Source: an uncultured Oscillospiraceae bacterium (GTDB taxonomy: Bacteria; Bacillota; Clostridia; Oscillospirales; Acutalibacteraceae). Taken from it: a DNA stretch of 64,000 nt. The position numbers and the translations under genes are program-made. Shown one piece after another: positions 57,813 to 64,000 of this stretch. The stretch is from NCBI GenBank assembly GCA_900540295.1, contig UQFM01000002.1, positions 5,491-69,490 on the forward strand, given 5' to 3'. How positions within the stretch are numbered: position 1 is the stretch's first letter; each line of letters opens with the position of its first letter. The notes below the pieces were generated by a model. The model was not told the origin of the DNA. It did no database searches and worked only from the letters and a program-made list of their open reading frames with translations.

Positions 57813-59131
57813 AAGCCGCGGTAATCGGCGCGGGGCTTGCGGGTGCGGAAGCCGCTTGGCAGTTGAAAAAGCACGGCATTCAAGTCGATTTGTATGAGAT
57901 GAAGCCCGAAAAACGCTCGCCCGCGCACAAAAGCGATAATTTTGCGGAATTGGTCTGCTCCAATTCCTTAAAAGCGGAACGCCGCAATTCCGCAGCAGGG
58001 CTTTTAAAAGCGGAAATGGCGCGGTTCGGTTCGATTTGTATGGAAAGCGCCGCGCAGTCCCGCGTGCCTGCGGGCGGTGCTTTGGCGGTAGACCGAGATT
58101 TATTTTCGGGGTATATTACCGAAAAACTCAAAAATGACGCGGATATGCATATCCTTTATAAAGAAGTAACCGCCCTGCCGACAGATGCGGATGCGGTGAT
58201 TATTGCGGCAGGACCGTTGGCAAGCGACGGTATCTCGGAAACCGTCCGCACGCTTTGCGGGAACGGTCTTTCGTTTTACGACGCGGCGGCGCCCATTGTC
58301 ACCGCAGAAAGCGTGGATATGTCCTTGGCATTCACGCAGTCGCGCTATGACCGCGGCGGTGCGGACGATTACATCAACTGTCCGATGAACAAGTCGGAAT
58401 ACGAGGCGTTTTACGAGGCGATTGTTTCTGCCGAAAGTGCGGAGGTGCATACCTTCGACAAGCGAAAGGACGTTTATGAGGGCTGTATGCCGATTGAGGT
58501 TTTGGCGTCGCGCGGAAAAGATACCATGCGCTACGGTCCTTTAAAGCCAGTGGGGCTTCAGGACCCGCGCACAGGTCACCGCCCGTGGGCGAATTTACAG
58601 CTGCGCCGTGAAAATGCGGCGGGTACGCTCTACAATTTGGTCGGCTTTCAGACGAATTTGAAATTCGGTGAGCAAAAACGTGTGTTTTCCATGTTTCCCG
58701 CCCTTAAAAACGCGGAATTTGTGCGCTACGGTGTGATGCACCGCAATACCTTTATCGATTCCCCGCGTCTGTTAAACAGCGATTTCAGTCTGCGAAGCGA
58801 CCCGAAAATCTTTTTTGCGGGGCAAATTACAGGCGTAGAGGGCTATATGGAGTCCGCCGCCGCAGGCATTTTGGCAGGCATGAACGCCGCACGCCGTCTA
58901 TTGGGGAAGCCTACGGTGACACTTCCCGCAACCACAATGATGGGTGCGCTGGCGCGGTATATCAGTGACGAAAGTGTAAAACACTTTCAGCCGATGGGCG
59001 CGAATTTCGGCGTATTGCCGCCGCTTTTGGAAAAAATACGGGACAAAGCCGCCCGCTATACCGCAATTGCAGACCGCGCAGAAGCGGATTTAACCGCGTA
59101 TAAGGAGGAACAGGGCTTATGCATATTTTAA
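57809..59131 (+). CDS. trmFO: methylenetetrahydrofolate--tRNA-(uracil54-C5)-methyltransferase
   Basis: VIGAGLAGAEAAWQL FAD fold. Gid-family length. Confidence 0.9.
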   Translation: MKAAVIGAGLAGAEAAWQLKKHGIQVDLYEMKPEKRSPAHKSDNFAELVCSNSLKAERRNSAAGLLKAEMARFGSICMESAAQSRVPAGGALAVDRDLFSGYITEKLKNDADMHILYKEVTALPTDADAVIIAAGPLASDGISETVRTLCGNGLSFYDAAAPIVTAESVDMSLAFTQSRYDRGGADDYINCPMNKSEYEAFYEAIVSAESAEVHTFDKRKDVYEGCMPIEVLASRGKDTMRYGPLKPVGLQDPRTGHRPWANLQLRRENAAGTLYNLVGFQTNLKFGEQKRVFSMFPALKNAEFVRYGVMHRNTFIDSPRLLNSDFSLRSDPKIFFAGQITGVEGYMESAAAGILAGMNAARRLLGKPTVTLPATTMMGALARYISDESVKHFQPMGANFGVLPPLLEKIRDKAARYTAIADRAEADLTAYKEEQGLCIF

Positions 59132-60138
59132 TTGACGCATTCGGCGGCGACAACGCGCCTTTGGAAATCCTGAAAGGGGCGCGTGCCGCAAAAGATACAT
59201 TCCGCGAGGAAATCAGCTTGGTCGGTGATGAGACAAAAATCCGTGCCTGTGCCGAAGAAAACAACATAAATATTGCCGATTTGGGGCTTTTACAGGCGGA
59301 CGGCGTATTTCAAATGGAAACCCAGCCGACCGAAATCCTGAAATCAGGCAAAAATACCTCTATGGCAGTCGGCTTGCAAGCCCTTGCGGACGGCAAAGGC
59401 GATGCGTTCGTGTCTGCGGGCAGTACGGGTGCGCTGTTGGTCGGCGCAACGTTCATTGTAAAACGCATCAAGGGCGTAAAGCGTCCCGTCATCGGCGGTG
59501 TGATGCCCTCGAAAGACAAGCCGTTTATTTTGGTGGATACGGGTGCGAATGTGGAATGCACCGTGCCTATGCTTTGCCAGTTTGCAAATCTCGGCAGTAT
59601 TTATATGCAGAAAATTCTCGGTGTTCAGAATCCGCGCGTGGCGCTTGCCAATATCGGCACCGAGGAAACCAAAGGCACCAAATTGCAGGTCGAAGCGTAT
59701 AAGGCGCTTTCCGAAATGGAAAACATCAACTTCACAGGGAACATTGAGGTGCGGGACATCGCGTTCGGCGCGGCGGATGTGATTGTGGCGGACGGCTTTA
59801 CGGGCAACGTGATTCTCAAAATGTATGAGGGCGTCGCCAAAATGATTACGAACGAGCTGAAAGTGATGTTCAAGAAAAATCCGATTTCTATGCTGTCTTA
59901 TCTCGGCGTAAAAGCGGGTATGGATGCTTTTAAAGAGAAAATGAACTATAAAAAGTACGGCGGCGCACCGATTATCGGCGTGCAGAAAACCGTGATTAAG
60001 GCGCACGGCTCCTCGGATGCATACGCCATTGAGAACGCCGTGCGGCAGGCAATAGACTGCGTAAACGGCAATGTGGCAGGCGAAATTGCCGCAGTACTCG
60101 GGAAAGGTGGGACAGCGGATGGAAGCGTTACAGAATAA
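59119..60138 (+). CDS. plsX: phosphate acyltransferase PlsX
   Basis: IDAFGGDNAP..GSTGALL..DTGAN motifs. Confidence 0.9.
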   Translation: MHILIDAFGGDNAPLEILKGARAAKDTFREEISLVGDETKIRACAEENNINIADLGLLQADGVFQMETQPTEILKSGKNTSMAVGLQALADGKGDAFVSAGSTGALLVGATFIVKRIKGVKRPVIGGVMPSKDKPFILVDTGANVECTVPMLCQFANLGSIYMQKILGVQNPRVALANIGTEETKGTKLQVEAYKALSEMENINFTGNIEVRDIAFGAADVIVADGFTGNVILKMYEGVAKMITNELKVMFKKNPISMLSYLGVKAGMDAFKEKMNYKKYGGAPIIGVQKTVIKAHGSSDAYAIENAVRQAIDCVNGNVAGEIAAVLGKGGTADGSVTE

Positions 60139-60787
60139 CATCGGTTATCATTTCAAAAATACGGCATTGCTCTCCCGCGCGCTGACGCACTCCTCTTATG
60201 CCAACGAATACAATCTTGCGGCGGGCGACAACGAACGTCTGGAATTTTTGGGCGATTCGGTACTTGGCTTTATTACGGCGGAGTATCTGTTCGCAAATCA
60301 CCGTGATTTCCCCGAGGGCGAGCTTACGAAACTGCGTGCCTATGCGGTGTGTGAAACAAGTTTATTTGCGTATGCGCAGGAAATCGAGCTCGGAAAACAT
60401 TTGAAATTGGGCAAAGGCGAGGAGCGCACGGGCGGCAGAGAACGCCCTTCCGTGTTGTCCGATGCTTTTGAGGCGGTGATTGCCGCCATTTATCTCGACG
60501 GCGGGATAGACGAGGCAAAAAAATTTGTCCTGCGCTTTGTCGTACCCTATGTCGAGGCAAAGCCGACCTTTAAGGATTATAAAACAGCGCTTCAGGAAGT
60601 GGTACAGCAGAATCACGGCGAGGCGCTCCAATATGTATTGGTGTCGGAGTCGGGACCTGACCACAACAAGCATTTTGAAATTGAAGTGCATTTAAACAGC
60701 AATGTACTCGGGCGTGGCGTCGGCGGCAGTAAAAAGAAAGCGGAGCAAAACGCCGCCAAAGAAGCACTGGAGCTGATGGGGCTTTGA
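60119..60787 (+). CDS. rnc: ribonuclease III
   Basis: ERLEFLGDSVLG catalytic signature and a C-terminal dsRBD. Confidence 0.9.
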   Translation: MEALQNNIGYHFKNTALLSRALTHSSYANEYNLAAGDNERLEFLGDSVLGFITAEYLFANHRDFPEGELTKLRAYAVCETSLFAYAQEIELGKHLKLGKGEERTGGRERPSVLSDAFEAVIAAIYLDGGIDEAKKFVLRFVVPYVEAKPTFKDYKTALQEVVQQNHGEALQYVLVSESGPDHNKHFEIEVHLNSNVLGRGVGGSKKKAEQNAAKEALELMGL

Positions 60788-61791
60788 AGCACGCCAATGT
60801 TTCCGTTTTTGTGCCGCACATCGGCTGCCCGCATGCGTGCAGTTTCTGCGACCAGCGAACCATTACGGGCACTGCCGCCGCACCGACGGCGGACGATGTG
60901 CGCCGCGCTTGCGACGTCGCCGTAAAATCCGAAAAATGTAGTGCCGAAAACAGCGAAATCGCGTTTTTCGGCGGGAGCTTTACCGCAATCGAAAGGGAGT
61001 ATATGCTTTCTCTTTTGACTGCGGCATTGCCGTATATAGAGGGCGGTTTTTTCTACGGCGTGCGCATTTCCACACGCCCCGACTGCATCGACAAAGAAAT
61101 TCTTTCCGTCCTGAAAGCGTACCGCGTCACGACGATAGAACTTGGTGCGCAGAGCATGTCGGACGAGGTGCTTCGTTTGAATCAACGCGGGCACACCGCA
61201 GAGAACGTCCGCACGGCGGCGCGGCAAATACAGGCGGCGGACTTTTCCTTGGGACTGCAAATGATGACAGGGCTTTTCGGCAGTACGCCCGACCTTGACC
61301 GTTATACGGCGCAGGAATTTCTGAAACTGCACCCCGACTGTGTGCGAATCTACCCGACTGCGGTTTTGGAGCATACCGCGCTCGGCACGCTTTACAAAAG
61401 CGGGGCATACACCCCGCAAACGCTCGAAGAAGCCGTGCCGCTTTGCGCTGAACTGCTGGAGCTGTTCACGGAAAATCACATCCCCGTGATTCGCTTAGGA
61501 TTACACAGCGGCGGCAATGTAGAGGACGGGTACCTCGCGGGCGCATACCATCCCGCCTTTCGGGAGCTGTGCGAGGGCGAGATATATCTTCGGAAAATGC
61601 TGGGGGCGCTCGAAAATCTGCCGAAATCGCGTGTATATACGGTTGAGGTCTCGGAAAAAGCGCTTTCCAAAGCCAAAGGACAGCAGAAAAGAAACGAAAA
61701 AGCATTGCGAAATCTCGGGTTTCAGTGTACAATAAAGGGTAACGAATTTTTGAAAGCGTACGAAATTCAAATAAAGGAAACAGAAGCATGA
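60784..61791 (+). CDS. radical SAM protein (Elp3/MiaB-like fold) in the rnc-smc operon
   Basis: CPHACSFC Cx3Cx2C motif. Confidence 0.8.
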   Translation: MKHANVSVFVPHIGCPHACSFCDQRTITGTAAAPTADDVRRACDVAVKSEKCSAENSEIAFFGGSFTAIEREYMLSLLTAALPYIEGGFFYGVRISTRPDCIDKEILSVLKAYRVTTIELGAQSMSDEVLRLNQRGHTAENVRTAARQIQAADFSLGLQMMTGLFGSTPDLDRYTAQEFLKLHPDCVRIYPTAVLEHTALGTLYKSGAYTPQTLEEAVPLCAELLELFTENHIPVIRLGLHSGGNVEDGYLAGAYHPAFRELCEGEIYLRKMLGALENLPKSRVYTVEVSEKALSKAKGQQKRNEKALRNLGFQCTIKGNEFLKAYEIQIKETEA

Positions 61792-64000
61792 TTTTAAAGT
61801 CTCTGGAAATGCAGGGGTTCAAGTCCTTCCCGGACAAAACCGTGCTGGAATTTAATAAAGGCATCACCGCTGTTGTCGGTCCGAACGGCAGCGGCAAAAG
61901 CAACATTTCCGATGCGGTACGCTGGGTGCTGGGCGAGCAGTCCACCAAAAACTTACGCGGCGCGAAAATGGAAGACGTTGTGTTTATGGGCACAAGCCTT
62001 CGAAAAGCCAAAGGCTATGCCGAGGTCACCCTGCGTTTTGATAACAAAGACCGTTCGCTCGGGAAAGATACGGACGAGGTGGCGATTACCCGCCGCTATT
62101 ACCGTTCGGGCGAAAGCGAATATCTTATCAACGGCGAAAATTCCCGCCTGCGCGATATCAACGAGCTGTTTATGGATACGGGGCTTGGGCGTGACGGATA
62201 TTCCATTGTCGGGCAAGGCAAAATCGCCGAAATGGTTTCGTCCAAAGCGGGCGAACGCCGTGAAATGTTAGAGGAAGCGTCGGGAATTTCTCACTTCCGT
62301 TACCGCCGAAACGATGCGAACAAGCGTCTTGCGGCGGCGGAAGAAAACCTTTTGCGCCTTAGGGATATTTTAACCGAATTGGAAGGGCGCGTCGGTCCTT
62401 TAAAGACGCAGAGCGAAAAAGCCCAAAAGTTCTTGGTGCTTGCCGAGGAAAAAAAACAGCTCGAAATCGGCACGTGGCTCTATACGATTGACCGCACCAA
62501 CGACCGCCTGCGCGAGCAGGAGCATAAAATCGCCACTGCCGAAGCGGGACACAAGGCGGCGGCGCAGGAATTGGAAATCATCGGTGAAAAAATCGATAAA
62601 GCCGCCGAGGATACGCAAGCTATCAACGTGCAAATCGAAGAAGTCCGCAACGTTTCCGCAAAGCATGAGGAACAGGCGGCGGCGCTGGACGCACAAATCC
62701 GCGTAGAGGAAAACTCCGTTCAGCATAACGAAGAAGCGATAGAACGCCTTAAAAAGGACAAGCTTTCCGAAAATGAAACGGAACAGCACCTTGACGAGCG
62801 CATTGCCGAGGCAAAGCAGAATGCGGCGGCAAGCACGGCGCAGTGCGAAGCTCTGCAAGCAGAGCTTGCGGCACTTTCCACACAGCAGGAAAGCACACTT
62901 TCCGACGCCGCGCGGTATTCCGAGGAAGCGGCGGCGCTCTCGGGCGAAGTGTCGGCGTTGTCCGTCACCATAGCGGATAACCGCGTGACCGCCGAGACTG
63001 CCAATTCTTCCGTAGAGGAAATCCGCGCCCGCATCGCGGCGATTGACGCGCAGTTGGGCGGACGGCAGGATACATATACGCAATATAAGGCAAACGAAGA
63101 AAAAGCGCAGTCCGCGCTCAACGACTGTCTGGAAACCATAAAAAGTGTGCAAAATGCCATGGACGGCTATTCCATGCGCTTTGAAAGCCGCGCCAAAAAA
63201 GCGGAAACCATCAAGGCGAATATGGAAGAAAAGGCGCGCGAGGTGCATAAGATGCAGGACAGAATCCGCCTGCTTTCCGACCTCGAAAAGAATATGGAGG
63301 GCTACCAGGGCGCAGTCAAAGCCGTGATGCGCGAAGCGGGACGCGGCGCACTGCGCGGCATTCACGGTCCGCTTTCTCAGCTTATCTCCGTAAAACCGAA
63401 ATATTCCGTTGCGATTGAAACCGCGCTCGGCGCGGCGATTCAGAATATCGTGACTGACAACGAAAACGACGCCAAACGCGGCATTCAATTCTTAAAAGAG
63501 TCCCGTGCGGGGCGCGCTACCTTTTTGCCGATTTCGGCAATCCGTGCTCGTGCGCTCAACGAAAACGGACTCGACGACCAATACGGCTTTGTGAGCATTG
63601 CCTCGGATTTGGTGTCCTGTGACAGGCAGTATACGGAAATTATCCGCGCACAGCTGGGGCGCACCGTTGTCGCGGAGGATATGGACGCGGCAATCGCGAT
63701 TGCAAAACGGTATAACCACCGTTTCCGTATTGTGACCTTGGACGGGCAGATTATGAACGCGGGCGGCTCGATGACAGGTGGTTCGCGCACACAGAATGCG
63801 GGTATTTTAAGCCGCGGCAACGAGATTGAAAAACTGAAAACCGCTTTGCAGGCGGCGGAAACCGAACTGCGGGGAATGGAGTCCGACCACAAGCTGTTTA
63901 CCGAGGATTTAGCCGCCGCACGCGCCGACTTAGAGGGCGCGCAGGGCGACCTTTTGCGCGTCAATGAAGAAAAAATCCGCTGTGAGGGCGAGCTGAAGCT
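61788..64000 (+). CDS. smc: chromosome segregation protein SMC, 3'-truncated by window edge
   Basis: MILKSLEMQGFKSFPDKTVLEFNKGITAVVGPNGSGKSNISDAVRWVLGEQS... Coiled-coil follows. Open to nt 64000. Confidence 0.9.
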   Translation, partial: MILKSLEMQGFKSFPDKTVLEFNKGITAVVGPNGSGKSNISDAVRWVLGEQSTKNLRGAKMEDVVFMGTSLRKAKGYAEVTLRFDNKDRSLGKDTDEVAITRRYYRSGESEYLINGENSRLRDINELFMDTGLGRDGYSIVGQGKIAEMVSSKAGERREMLEEASGISHFRYRRNDANKRLAAAEENLLRLRDILTELEGRVGPLKTQSEKAQKFLVLAEEKKQLEIGTWLYTIDRTNDRLREQEHKIATAEAGHKAAAQELEIIGEKIDKAAEDTQAINVQIEEVRNVSAKHEEQAAALDAQIRVEENSVQHNEEAIERLKKDKLSENETEQHLDERIAEAKQNAAASTAQCEALQAELAALSTQQESTLSDAARYSEEAAALSGEVSALSVTIADNRVTAETANSSVEEIRARIAAIDAQLGGRQDTYTQYKANEEKAQSALNDCLETIKSVQNAMDGYSMRFESRAKKAETIKANMEEKAREVHKMQDRIRLLSDLEKNMEGYQGAVKAVMREAGRGALRGIHGPLSQLISVKPKYSVAIETALGAAIQNIVTDNENDAKRGIQFLKESRAGRATFLPISAIRARALNENGLDDQYGFVSIASDLVSCDRQYTEIIRAQLGRTVVAEDMDAAIAIAKRYNHRFRIVTLDGQIMNAGGSMTGGSRTQNAGILSRGNEIEKLKTALQAAETELRGMESDHKLFTEDLAAARADLEGAQGDLLRVNEEKIRCEGELK

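Noticed and set aside
1-64000. tRNA/rRNA genes, transposases, integrases or phage structural genes
   Set aside because: There are no cloverleaf-like conserved T-arm or anticodon patterns and no ORFs with DDE, Y-recombinase or capsid signatures. Mobility here is implied only by the repeats and the retron.

Overview
This is a high-GC bacterial chromosome segment, probably a gut Clostridia/Oscillospiraceae-like organism; the taxon is inferred only from gene content and operon order. Most of the window is housekeeping backbone. Identified genes include tcdA (5' partial), dut, a U32 peptidase, zapA, the rplU-prp-rpmA operon with an L21-type leader, mfd-pth, infC-rpmI-rplT with an L20-type leader/attenuator, and dprA-topA-trmFO-plsX-rnc-radical SAM-smc (3' partial). 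Accessory islands are interspersed: (i) a probable peptidoglycan D-Asp/D-isoAsn cross-bridge cluster (ATP-grasp ligase, Asp racemase, AsnB-type amidotransferase); (ii) a host-glycan foraging set (two GPH symporter plus metallophosphoesterase modules, GH38, a BNR sialidase-like protein, GH35, GH29); (iii) an ABC-2 exporter operon headed by a small secreted protein. The most striking element lies at 9.47-10.80 kb on the minus strand: a compact retron. A consensus sigma-A promoter is followed by a ~199-nt structured non-coding RNA bounded by a 16-bp a1/a2 inverted repeat with a G immediately after a1, and then by a 355-aa reverse transcriptase carrying the retron-diagnostic NAxxH and VTG motifs. 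No canonical retron effector is present. The RT instead sits immediately downstream of, and co-oriented with, a YfbR-like HD-domain 5'-deoxynucleotidase gene. A diverged fragment of that gene's 5' end lies on the far side of the RT, which suggests an HD-retron unit that was duplicated or rearranged and may be an undescribed retron/effector pairing. The whole window is also peppered at nine or more intergenic sites with clustered REP-like elements. Each is a GC-rich hairpin whose stem sequence co-varies between copies, abutting a conserved CTAC(G)/(C)GTAG tetranucleotide. Many clusters carry a second conserved ~30-bp module, TGTCATTCTGAGCG..GCGAAGAATC. These clusters flank the retron unit and individually bracket several accessory genes in a cassette-like manner.
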